A stretch of DNA of 64,000 bases. It comes from Camelus ferus (taxonomy: Eukaryota). Shown here piece after piece: positions 53,302 through 64,000 of the stretch (position 1 is the stretch's first letter; every line of letters begins with the position of its first letter). The stretch lies in NCBI RefSeq assembly GCF_009834535.1, contig NC_045696.1, positions 28,212,001-28,276,000 on the forward strand, read 5' to 3'. Position numbers and translations under genes: made by a program. The notes beneath the pieces are model-generated. The model made no database searches, was not told where the DNA came from, and saw only the letters and a list, made by a program, of their open reading frames with translations.

Positions 53302-54056
53302 CTGCATCCCAAAGAATAAATACAATGTAAATCAATGGCAAGAAAATATTGCTAAATAATAAAATTTACATTTACTCCCTTTTAAAGGAAGAAAAAAAAA
53401 CAATGCAGGGGTAAAATGGATAGGGTCATTTAATAAGCTGTTTTCTCAGTCTATTTGTTAAAGAATATTTATGAGTCCTTAATACCAAAAAGTTTTTTTT
53501 AATACTCCTATACTTCCACAATTAGAAAAGATTATGACAAATCTGACTTTAAAAGATCATATAAGACATTACAGGCAATAGTTGTCAATGAAGGAAGAAC
53601 AACTGGCACGCCCTGGAAGATGTGGGATGGAGTTGGGCTTCCTACCTCCAGAATCCGTGTGTGACTACCTGGTGCTTCAAGTGCAGGTTTTGGGAGAAGT
53701 CCACGCGCCTTGTGGACTAAAGCCCTTGTGACCATCCCGACAGAGCAAACCAAGCAAAACAAGAGTTAGAGTCCACCTGCTCTAAAGTCATGTGCGCACA
53801 TGTCCTTCGATACCCTGCCCAACGTCTCTGAGCTGAATCTGAGTGATGTTCCCTCCGTATCCCCCAGATCTTATACTGTCTGATTTTCCATAGAGTGCTG
53901 TAGATGAAAATTCAGGACTGACAAGACACACCTGGAAGAGCAGCCTCTTAGTTGTCATTCAGAGCAATGCCTTGATGCCCAACTGACACCAAGGCCAAGG
54001 AGTTCTCAGCCCTGAAGGAGCTAGGGCTACCAGTGCAGGCCAAACCTAAGAATTAT

Positions 54057-54177
54057 AGTGGTAGAGCAAATGCTTAGCATGCATGAGGTTCCAGGTTCAA
54101 TCCCCAGTACCTCCTCTAACAATAAATAAATAAACCTCATTATCTCCCCCAACTAAAAAAAATTAAATTAAAAACAA
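54057..54177 (+). mobile_element. 5'-truncated camelid Vic-1-like SINE
   Basis: gtggtagagc...gcatgcatgagg...ggttcaatccccagtacctcc plus A-rich tail; flanking aattatag repeat. Confidence 0.85.
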
Positions 54178-54372
54178 AATTATAGGTGGAGCTGGGGCAC
54201 CTGCACAGCCAGCTTGCTGAAAGAATGGCAGCTGAGGGCTGCAAACACTACCTCTGCCTTGTCTGGGATCCTATTTTTACTCTACAACTTTATAATTAGC
54301 AACAGTAAACAAGAGATCTACATAGTGGTGTCTGGGCTTCACCCAGACCCTTCTTTTACACATCAGCCCTAC

Positions 54373-54446
54373 CAAACTTTGCAGACACGATAAAAATCCA
54401 AAAGTATTTTTACCAGATGAAGCAGTGTCAAATTCCAAAGTGGAGT
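54373..54446 (-). pseudogene. RGSL1-like pseudo-exon 2
   Basis: Translates TPLWNLTLLHLVKILLDFYRVCKV, compared with recalled RGSL1 STNLIILLEDEVFADFFNTFLSLP. Long polypyrimidine tract with acceptor apparently TAG>TAA; donor TTG|gtaggg. Confidence 0.6.
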
Positions 54447-54869
54447 TTACAAAAAGGAAAAAAAAAAAAAAAAAAGACCCTACATCTTCATCTTGGAGGC
54501 TTGGGGAGGAATTTTGCTCACTCCTGGAAGTCTTTCAATTGCTAAGCTCCTTATCACATATTTTTTTTGCATTTCAAGTAGAAATTTTCTTTTGCTTGAG
54601 ATTTGCTGACAGTCTAGAGATGGATCTGTAACCATAGACCTGACCTATGTCTCCTGTACATCATAACTTAACAGAAGCCTAAAGTCAGTGTTTTGAGCTG
54701 AGACATTTTTACAGGTAATTGTGCTGCTTGGAGTATTTTAGCATAGAGGAGGAGAGAAAAATTCCTGATATTTTCCATGCTCATATGTGCAAATAGGTCT
54801 AAAATGAATGACTCGTAACACAACACTCCATCCTATAACTGGTCTCATTAATCACTTTTTTCCCAGCTA

Positions 54870-55229
54870 CTGCTCAGTCGCGGCCGCCGCCTTGTTCGCA
54901 GCACAGAGGACCTCGGGAGAGAATCAGTGCTAAATATAAGTCCATGAACACATGCGCATGTGCGTAAACAGGGGAAGCTTCGCGCTGGGGCATCGTAATC
55001 CAACGCCACGGCTCAAGTTTCTCCTTCCCCGCCCAGCTTCAAGTTAGGGGTCAGGCTGCTGTACCGTGCGGATGCTGGGCTGCTGCGGGGACCAAGACTG
55101 TATTTCCGAAACCTGCACTTTAAAACCACATCTCCTTTAGGTAGCCTCTGGGGTCTTACCAGTTCCACCGCACTGAAAAGTGTTCTTCGTGGATTTTAGT
55201 AGTATGGACACATGCAGTAGCTAGGAAAC
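54870..55229 (-). promoter_or_regulatory. Small CpG-rich promoter region at the 5' end of the pseudogene, with NRF1-like and RFX X-box-like motifs
   Basis: Local CpG cluster (NotI site 54880-54887), TGCGCATGTGCG at 54953-54964, and GTAGCTAGGAAAC at 55217-55229 (one mismatch to GTTGCTAGGAAAC). Confidence 0.55.
55160..55215 (-). pseudogene. Putative first exon of the RGSL1-like pseudogene
   Basis: Strong donor GGAACTG|gtaaga (exon ends 55160) just downstream of an RFX-like box. The 5' end is not defined and there is no homology support. Confidence 0.4.
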
Positions 55230-55299
55230 ACTCCAGAATAGCTCAGAAAACACTGAAAACTAAAGGCTGCTAGGAGGGATGTACCTTACAAGATACCAG

Positions 55300-57230
55300 A
55301 ATATAATAATGATGCCTGTGTTACTAAGCAAGATGCTGTTTCCACAGAAATGAACTTGTGGACTAGTGAAACAGCATAGAAAGCTCAAAAGTAGAGTCCC
55401 ACATGTGTGGAGATTCGAAATATAATGAAAGTGGCGTTTCAACAACTACAGCAAAAAGAAACATTTTAAGAAATGGTGCCAGGACACCTGAATCACCCAT
55501 TTAGGAAACAATAAAATTAGATTCCTATCCAACATCAAACCTAAGAATAAACTTCAAAATAATCAGAGATCTAAATGCAAAGAATAACAATGTAAGTACT
55601 AGAAGAAAAACAGGTAAATCGCTCTATAATTTGTGTGTTTGAGAAGTTTCTGACTATGACTCAAAATCTAGATGCAGTAGAAGTCAGCACTGATATTTAT
55701 AACCATCTAATAATGACATTAATGATGATAATAACAACAGCAAATTTTGCATGGCAAAAAAAAAAAATACACACCTTAAGCAAACGCAAAAAAAAAAAAA
55801 AAAGAGAGAGAGAAAAAATACTGGCTGGAAAACTTGCAATATATGCTACATATAAAAAGCTAATAGCTCTAACAGATTAAGCTTGCAAAAAACATTTACT
55901 ATTCAAAAAATAAAATAAAGCCAACAAATATGGCTTTAAAAAATAAAATATTTTCCAAACTGAAATACATAACTTTATTTCCAATGAGTTATCATCACAC
56001 TGAGAGGGACTAAACAGAATCAGTTGAAATAAATTATGAAGTCTTTTAAAAAATTTGTAGTCATAAGGGTTAGCGATTCTCGTAATACCATGTTGTCGAT
56101 AACTGAATACATAAGTAAAATATATTGAAAATAATGGGAGCCACATTCTCCCTGTTGAGGAAGAGAATTACAAAGAAGAAAGACTGGATTGATTTCTGTG
56201 CCATTGGATTGGAATGGAAGTATTAAGATGATCTTATAAACTCAGTACATTTATCTATAGCTATATAACATTTACCTGTATCTAATACTGATATGTATGT
56301 GTGTCATGTGTGTGTGAGTGTATGTATGAAAATAATTTCCAAGCTGTTCCCTAAAAGGGTCTAAAAGCAATGACATCAGTATCACTGTACACACCTAATG
56401 TTCACTTAAAATAATGAGGGCTTTTTAGGGAAATGGTTGATTCCTGGGCCAGAGCAGAAAAAATATCAAATAAGCCTGAAATATCAGATGTCAGAAGTTA
56501 TGCCAGGAAGTAGAAAGTGCTCAAAAAGTGCTGAAAACATGTCAAAGCTGACAGTAATCAGCTTAGATGGGCTCTCACTAGCCAAATATGGATTAATTTG
56601 AACAATTAAACAATGATAGAAACAGGTTTTAACCCACTGAATAAAATAAGAATCTATCAGTCTATACTGACATAAGCAAAGAAATGAATATATAAGTAAC
56701 TGGGGGCATGGGGAAAGGAAAGCTTTACATTAACAGAAACATGACAATAAATTGAAGTCCAATGATGGAGTTAGAAAATCATCTTTTACTATGATCACTG
56801 CACTGACTGACGCTGGCAAGAATAAGCAGCAGGTGCTGATACTAATGGTAAAAATATGATGAGGACCAGGATATTTTCATGGACTCGAAGTATCTCCCCA
56901 CAAATTATTTATTCATTACAAAAAGGAAACAGACATTTTCTTGTGGGAAATCTAGCAGACACTACCTTGTCCAAGTGATTAATGTTAACATTAGCAATAC
57001 GAGAACAAGCCAAATTTATATACCTCCTTACATGATGCACAGGGAAAGACACAACATCACTTCTGTGGCGTTTCCTGCAAAATTGAGAACACAAATCTAA
57101 TTATGGTGAAATGTAAACTAAAGGGATCAAAAACGTTAGCATGTGGTAAATCCCCGTAAAGGATATACTGGTGTTCTTTGGGCTAGTCTTGCAGAATTTC
57201 CTCCAAGTTGGAAATTATATAAAAATAAAG
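55300..57230 (+). mobile_element. Old L1 (L1MC-like) ORF2 end and 3'UTR
   Basis: aaatggtgccaggaca...; gtatctccccacaaattatttattcattacaaa. Confidence 0.7.
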
Positions 57231-58329
57231 GTACAAGAATTACAGGCATAACCACCAAAGGTTACACGTAGAAATGCTTGGTGACTGGAAATCAAGATGC
57301 ATGGATGGGTACATATATAATTTTATATGCAAATAGTTTGTTATAGATCTAAGGCTTTTATTTGTAATATTTTGTTAGTAACTTGAAATTATTTCGTGAG
57401 AAAAATGGTGTTTTTTTTTTTTAATGTGAGATGAGTGACCTCAAGTACGTGGATTTTTTAACCTAAGCTTAAGACGACACTAAATAATTATATGATTTAA
57501 TATTAAATAACCTGACTCCAAATACAGTGTTTTACTTCTCTGTGTGGCTATCATCTTTTGGGTGGAAATTCTCACTGGTGACTTTTTTTCCCTACCATCC
57601 AGAGCTAAGACCTAGTTAAGCAAGATTTCTTCTCCTTTGGCAGAGCAGATTTTTTTTTTCCTATTTTAAACTGTTCATGTCAAATTTGCAATTATGGGTT
57701 TTATTCAGGTCTCTGATAGAAGTTCGCAACTTTTATGACACTCAGCCTTTCTTCTTTTCTCCAAAAGTGGTCCATTCATTCCTAAAACTGAGGTAACAGG
57801 GAATTGACAGTTGATTGCTTGAGCACTCAGCTCTCCTGACTTAGGCCTGCTTAACGTATTCGGTCTCAGAATTCCCACTCTTTCCTGCCAGCTCAGCAGT
57901 ACACTTTAAATGATTTCTTTAAAGTCTTTATCCAACATTTTTAGAGGTTTGATAATAGAGAGTTTCAGAAACATTAAATTGACATATCACCTGAAATGGA
58001 AAATTCTGCTTGTTTTTTCCCCTCTAAAGAGTAAAACTGGTATGGGGAGGAAGTCGTGCATTAACGGTCAGTGGTAGCTCAGTTTATCCAGTGATTTGGT
58101 ACATTTATCATAAGGCCAAAAGTAAACACCTTATATGATTTTCTTAAATCTTACCCACACTAAGGTCTATTTAGACTGATTGTAGCTATCAGAAAATGTG
58201 CTAAATATTTTCATTCAGTTAGGTTAAAATATCTCAGGTTCTGTGTTATCAATATAGCTTCATAAAATGTAATATATATGTGCATATATACATATATATT
58301 TAGTTTAAATAATCTACATAAACATTGTC

Positions 58330-58970
58330 AGAGGAAGTTAATACTTTTAATGAGCAATAAGCTCATAAATTGAGGAGAAACGATCTAATAGAGAAAAGGT
58401 CAATATTTATGAAGATTTTCACAGAAAATTAAATCAAAACACTTGATAAATATGTGTAAAGCTATGACTAACATCATTATAAATCATGTAATATCTTTTT
58501 TTTTGAAAAACAAAAGAAGATCCAATAGACCATATTCCTACCAGGGAAAACAGTACTCTCACATACCACTGCTGCTAATGGTAATAGTCTATGGAAGACA
58601 GTTTTTCATTATCCATAAATTAAATTGTTAATTTCATATATTAAATTAAGGTGACATATTCTTCAACAAAGCAAACCCATTTTCAGGAAGTCTATCACTC
58701 TTAAAAAGTAAGCATCTATGGGAGAGATTATAGATGCAAGGATGTTTACTGCAGAATTATTTTTACCAGCCAAAAAGTGCAAACACTGGAAAGTACAAAG
58801 CTTGTGAGCAATTGCAAAATTTTTGATATAATTGCAAACTGGCATATTATGCAGCTATTAAAAATAATCATTTTGAAACCTTCATTTAACAAAAAGACAT
58901 ATCTGTAAGACATCGTCAAGTAGAAAAAGGCTAGTTATTATGGAATTCATACAAGTATGATTGTATTTTA
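58330..58970 (+). mobile_element. Very old L1 3' fragment
   Basis: gatgcaaggatgtttactgcag...tattatgcagctattaaaaa. Confidence 0.55.
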
Positions 58971-59347
58971 AAGGGAAGAATGTCAAGATTTTCATATATA
59001 AAATCTTACCTATTTATATAATATCCACATAGATATATACATGGTTTGTATATAAGGCTAATAAATGCATGTCACATATTTGTGTAAAATTATATAGGCT
59101 TGGAGGAAAATATGGAAATATACCTAAGAGATGGTTTAAAAAGTTTAAATAAGTTGAAGAAAAGGGAAAGTTAAGGTGAAAAGAAGACAAGAAAGAAAAA
59201 AAATGTAACCTTTAAAAAAATTACCTAAGCACTTAAATGTAAAAATATATATAATATATAATATTCATTTCCTATATATAACAAGTATATTATATATATA
59301 AATATATAATATATAGTTTACATTTAAGTGCTTAGATGTGTATATAT

Positions 59348-59380
<33 letters not shown>

Positions 59381-60054
59381 CTTAGAATGTCCTACATATG
59401 CATTATAATAAATATTGTTTAAAATAAATTATCTTAAAATTATTAATGCTCAATTTAAAATGCATATCTTTTAAATTTTTATAGCAGTTTCTCCACAGAG
59501 TATTAGCTGTTGAATCTTAGAAGTGGAATAGACCTTGGTTTACAAGTAGATTGACTGGATTCTCTCTGTAACTTTAAAGTCCAAATAGTTAAAAAGTGTG
59601 TGTGTACTTGAGTTTTTGACATAATAACTTGAAAAGATGCTACAAATGTCATCATCTATACATTTTCAAGGAACAAATTAAAAATACTGCAGACTTGAAC
59701 TTAATTCAGACGTTAGTAAAAGTAACGTGAGTATAAGTGAATGAATCCCCACATATTGGAAACTTCTCAGCGCATACCTCGTGGTTTCAGGGTCTCTGTG
59801 CTCACCTCTCTTAGCAGCCTTTGAGGAGGGAGGTGTGTCCACTGTACTCAGGAATGAGTTATTAACACCTTCTCCTGCCTTGGTGTGCTCATCAGCTTTT
59901 GCGCCTACAAGATAATGGGGAGGGTGAGGCTTGCCACCCCTTTGCTGGCAGAGTCCTAGATGAAAGAACTTTGCTTCTCTGCCTGAGCTGTTCTCTTCTG
60001 TGGCCCCAATGTGGTTTAAGCCTGAGTGTCAGATGTCACTTCACCCTTTCAATT

Positions 60055-60432
60055 CTCTGTGCTCTGGGTACTATACATTAATACTGTACACTGCATGGCT
60101 TAAACAACAGAAATTTATTTCTCACAGTTCTGGCGCTGGGAGGTCTAAGATCAAGGTACCTGCTGACTAGGTTCTTTGTGAGAGAGCTCTTTTCAGTTTA
60201 CAGAAGACTGGTTACCTTCTTCGTGTGTTCTCACACGGTGGAAAGAGAGTGAGCAAGCTTTCTGGTGTCCCTTCTTGTAAGAACACTAATCTTATCAGAT
60301 TAGGGCCCTGCCCTTATGACCTCATTAACCGTAATTACCTCCATAATGGCCCTAACCCCAAATGTAATTACATAGTGTGTTGGGGTGTCAACATATGAGA
60401 TTTGGAAGGACACAAACATTCAATCCATATCA
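60055..60432. mobile_element. MaLR LTR (MLT1A/B-like)
   Basis: ggcttaaacaacagaaatttatttctcacagttctgg...gacacaaacattcaatccat. Confidence 0.85.
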
Positions 60433-61545
60433 GTTACCTGAGGCTTAAAGCAGTATCGTTCCTGCTTTCAATCTCACAAAATCTCTCATAGAAACAACTC
60501 TTTGCTGTCAGTACTTGAAAGTAGAGCACTGAATCTGGCAGAACTTAGATGCCAGGCTTTTTCTTTGATTGTCCTCATCGCTCTCATTGTCTCTTCCCAT
60601 GAGCTTATGAACCATCTTTTCACCTACCGGTACTTATATACATAAGATGTATGTACATAAGTATACACACACACATCTATCTTGTACATAGAGACATAAT
60701 GTAACAACAGGAAAATGTGGGTGGAGATGGGATAGGCACGGGGATCCCTCTTGTCCCCCAGGACATTCAATCTTGATTATGAATCAGCCAGAATAGTATT
60801 TTACATGTAACTAGCTATCATTATTTGAGAGTGTGTATATAAACTTAAGACAAATCTTAATCAGCTTATCCCAGGGGAAAGCTTCATAATCAGGCTACTG
60901 GATCTTTAGAGACTGAAATGGAAAGTTGAAGAAAACCAAGAGAGTGTAAAATATAATACTGTAATCATGATAAAGAAATAAAATTATTGTTTCCTGCTAA
61001 TTAAGGAGAAGGGAGAACATATGCAGTAAACACTAATGTAAACAGCAAAAGTATTAGAAAAATCACTATGATTCTTAGGGCAAGCATTATTTTATTTTGT
61101 TTCTAGTTTGGTATGTTTCAAAAGAGTTGAAATTCTTATAGTTATACAGAGTAATGACATACTCAAAAGAGGCAGAATAACTTGAATGACAAAACTTCAT
61201 TCAAATTAATTCTCAACAGCATGAAGCATTGTTTATTTATAAAGTCACTAATATTTACCAGTTAGAATACTTGACCAAAAAAGATCCAATACTTACAGTG
61301 ACCTTGGGAAAAGTGACATGTGTGCTTTATATCACAGCATTTCAGAATTAGCAATAAGTAATGAGGCTGGCAAAGATAACCATCAAATAAAAAACATAAG
61401 TAATTAACTGCAGCAATGTAGAGAGGATAACGTGAGTCTGGGAAATGGGCCAAGATAAAGGTCACAGTAAGTGTGTTTTTTAAAATGATGGATAGGATCT
61501 AGAAGACAAAAGAAAATTTTGATGTAAAGAAAATATGGCGGTACT

Positions 61546-62932
61546 TATATATTCTGGAGATCAAGCCTTTGTCGGTTTCATTTGCAAAAATTTTCTCCCA
61601 TTCCATAGGTTGTCTTTTTGTTTTACTTATGGTTTCCTTTGCTGTGCAGAAGCTTGTAATTTTCATTAGGTCCCATTTGTTTATTCTTGCTTTTATTTCT
61701 ATTGCTTGGGTAGACTGTTCTAGGAGAACATTTTTGAGATGAATGTCAGATAATGTTTTGCCTATACTTTCTTCTAGGAGGTTTATTCTATCTTGTCTTA
61801 TGTTTAAGTCTTTGATCCATTTTGAGTTTATTTTTGTGTATGGTGTAAGGGAGTGTTCTAGCTTCATTGATTTACATGCTCCTGTCTAGTTTTCCCAGCA
61901 CCATTTTCTGAAGAGACTGTCTTTATTCCATTGTATATTCTTGCCTCCTTTGTCAAAGATTAGTTCACGATTTAATGAGAAAAAAACAAACAACCCAATC
62001 CAAAAATGGGCAGACAACCTAAACAAGCAATTCTCCAAGGAAGACATACAAATGATCAATAGGCACATGAAAAAATGCTCTATATCACTAATTATCAGAG
62101 AAATGCAAATCAAAACTATAATGAGGTATCACCTCACACCAGTCAGAATAGCCATCATTCAAAAGTCCACAAATGATAAATGCTGGAGAGGCTGTGGAGA
62201 AAAGGGAACCCTCCTACACTGCTGGTGGGAATGCAGTCTGGTGCAGCCACTGTGGAAGACAGTATGGAGATTCCTCAAAAGACTAGGAATAGACTTACCA
62301 TATGACCCAGGAATCCCACTCCTGGGCATATATCCAGAAGGGACCCTACTTCAAAAACACACCTGCACCCCAATGTTCATAGCAGAACTATTTACAATAG
62401 CCAAGACATGGAAACAACCTAAATGTCCATTAATAGATGACTGGATAAAGAAGAGGTGGTATATTTATACAATGGAATACTACTCAGCCATAAAAACCAA
62501 CAACATAATGCCATTTGCAGCAACATGGATGTTACTGGAGAATGTCATTCTAAGTGAAGTAAGCCAGAAGGAGAAAGAAAAATACCATATGAGGTTGCTC
62601 ATATGCGGAATCTAAAAACAAAAACAAAAACAAAAAACAAAAATATAAAACAGAAATAGACTCATAGACATAGAATACAAACTTGTGGTTGCCAGGGGGA
62701 TGTGGGGGTGGGAAGGGACTGGGATTTCAAAATGTAGAATACATAAACAAGATTGTACTGTGTAGCACAGGGAAATATATACAGGATCTTGTGGTGGATC
62801 ACAGCGAAAGAGAATGTGACAATGAATGTATGTATATTCATGTATAACTGAAAAATTGTGCTCTACACTGGAATTTGACACAACATTGTAAAATGACTAT
62901 AACTCAATAAAAACGTTTATATTAAGGAAAAA
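61546..62932 (+). mobile_element. Young L1 with 5' inversion (about 61546-61964 minus; about 61965-62932 plus)
   Basis: Adjacent ORF2 segments in opposite orientation; 20-bp TSD at 61526-61545 and 62933-62952. Confidence 0.95.
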
Positions 62933-63561
62933 AAAGAAAATATGGTGGTACTAATTCTTAACTCATTACTCTAGATAAAATTGAAAATGTGCAAAGAAAA
63001 AAACACTCACTACAATTGGAATGCAATCAGATTTTAAAATCCCCCAATTAATTATACATTTTTAATAAATATATGACTTCTTTCCCTTTTTGTACAGTTA
63101 ATTACAATCTATTTGATTTCAAAACAAATACATATATGTTAAGAAGCATGCTTCAGGCAATTTTATTTATTGTGTTAATTTAAGCCTTATGCATAATGAC
63201 CTTAAACTTACAACTTAATATGTAGATAAGGCAATACTATACACCTCTAGGGCAACCCAAGATGATTCATGGTACGTAAAGAGGAGGGCAGTTAGCTTAG
63301 GAAAGTCTTTGAACACTGGAGGATTCTGAATGAATCCAAAACTCAGAGGGAAATGAAGTGTTGACGTTTCAAAGAATGTGGAAACTAAAAAGAAAAGGTC
63401 AAGAGGGCGAAAGTGGGGCAAGAGAGAGCCTGCCATGAGGATGGATGTATTCGGGGGCTATTATAGGACTTGTGCAAGAATAGCAAAAGTTTTGATGGAC
63501 ATATCCACCTGGAATTTGGAGGAATGGAGCATTTTGCTTACTATTCTCATGCTACACACAA

Positions 63562-63586
63562 ACACACACACACACACACACACACA
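63562..63586. repeat. (CA)n microsatellite
   Basis: Visible directly. Confidence 0.9.
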
Positions 63587-63819
63587 AGATCAAGATACTA
63601 ATGATAACAATGCAAAAACTACTCAATTCACTGAAATTCCAATACTTTAACTTGAGGAAAATGCCACTGGGAAGGATGTAAGATGTAGTAGATTTTGAAG
63701 AATAACATAACAAGAAATTCCAAAGGAAACACATGTCTTTGGCTTTGAATCAAATTTTACTTCAATTTTCAGCAAACTTTTTTTGGGAAGGTGACCTGGT
63801 CACCGTACCCACTGGACTA

Positions 63820-64000
63820 TTACTAGAACTCCAAGTAGGTTTCAATGTGAAATTCTGCCAGTCCTCTACCAGCTGAATGAGATGTGGCAAAGGAGAATAC
63901 TGGTGCTACATCTTGTGAATTCATAAATTGAACTTTCATCTCTGACTATGTGTAACTCATTCAGGCTCTAGTGAATCATCTTAGTTAAATGAAGAAATAG
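63820..64000 (+). mobile_element. MIR fragment
   Basis: aaattctgccagtcctctaccagctg. Confidence 0.4.

Larger units (their letters stand above)
13014..55229 (-). pseudogene. Spliced multi-exon pseudogene of an RGSL1-like (multi-RGS-domain) protein; probable ancient paralogue
   Basis: Nine decayed coding exons plus a putative first exon lie in the same order as successive segments of recalled human RGSL1. Splice sites are AG/GT or single-change derivatives, two junctions are phase-compatible, and there are many stops and frameshifts. AATAAA on minus at 13014-13019. Confidence 0.85.

Noticed and set aside
13014..55229. Calling the pseudogene RGSL1 itself
   Set aside because: Similarity looks too low and the exon structure too different for a eutherian orthologue; synteny is untested, so no symbol is given.
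1411..62615. Longest ORFs (for example 1786-2358 and 61941-62615) as host genes
   Set aside because: They are C-terminal fragments of L1 ORF2 in truncated copies.
1..64000. CRISPR arrays or prokaryotic systems
   Set aside because: The sequence is clearly mammalian and has no regularly spaced repeat-spacer arrays.

Overview
Mammalian genomic DNA, AT-rich and repeat-rich. It is very likely camelid, because three tRNA-derived SINEs match my recollection of the camelid Vic-1 family. No intact protein-coding exon is visible. A CpG island at about 9.1-10.95 kb has a CCAAT/octamer/TATA-like core and non-coding first exon(s) of an unidentified minus-strand gene that runs off the left edge. The main result is a decayed, spliced, minus-strand gene of about 10 exons at about 13.0-55.2 kb, which the ORF track does not show as a gene. 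Manual translation through stops and frameshifts gives about 1,300 codons that are colinear from N- to C-terminus with the multi-RGS-domain protein RGSL1, as I recall its sequence. Similarity is low and the 3' exons are unusually large, so this looks like an ancient RGSL1 paralogue that became a pseudogene, not the RGSL1 orthologue. It keeps a CpG-rich promoter region with RFX- and NRF1-like motifs and an AATAAA after the last stop. Also present are young L1s (one 5'-inverted with a 20-bp TSD), old L1/L2/MIR/MER/MaLR/ERV-LTR fragments, (TA)n-associated fold-back repeats, and an exact 24-bp direct repeat bracketing the largest pseudo-exon. All family assignments and protein comparisons are by eye from memory; no searches were run.
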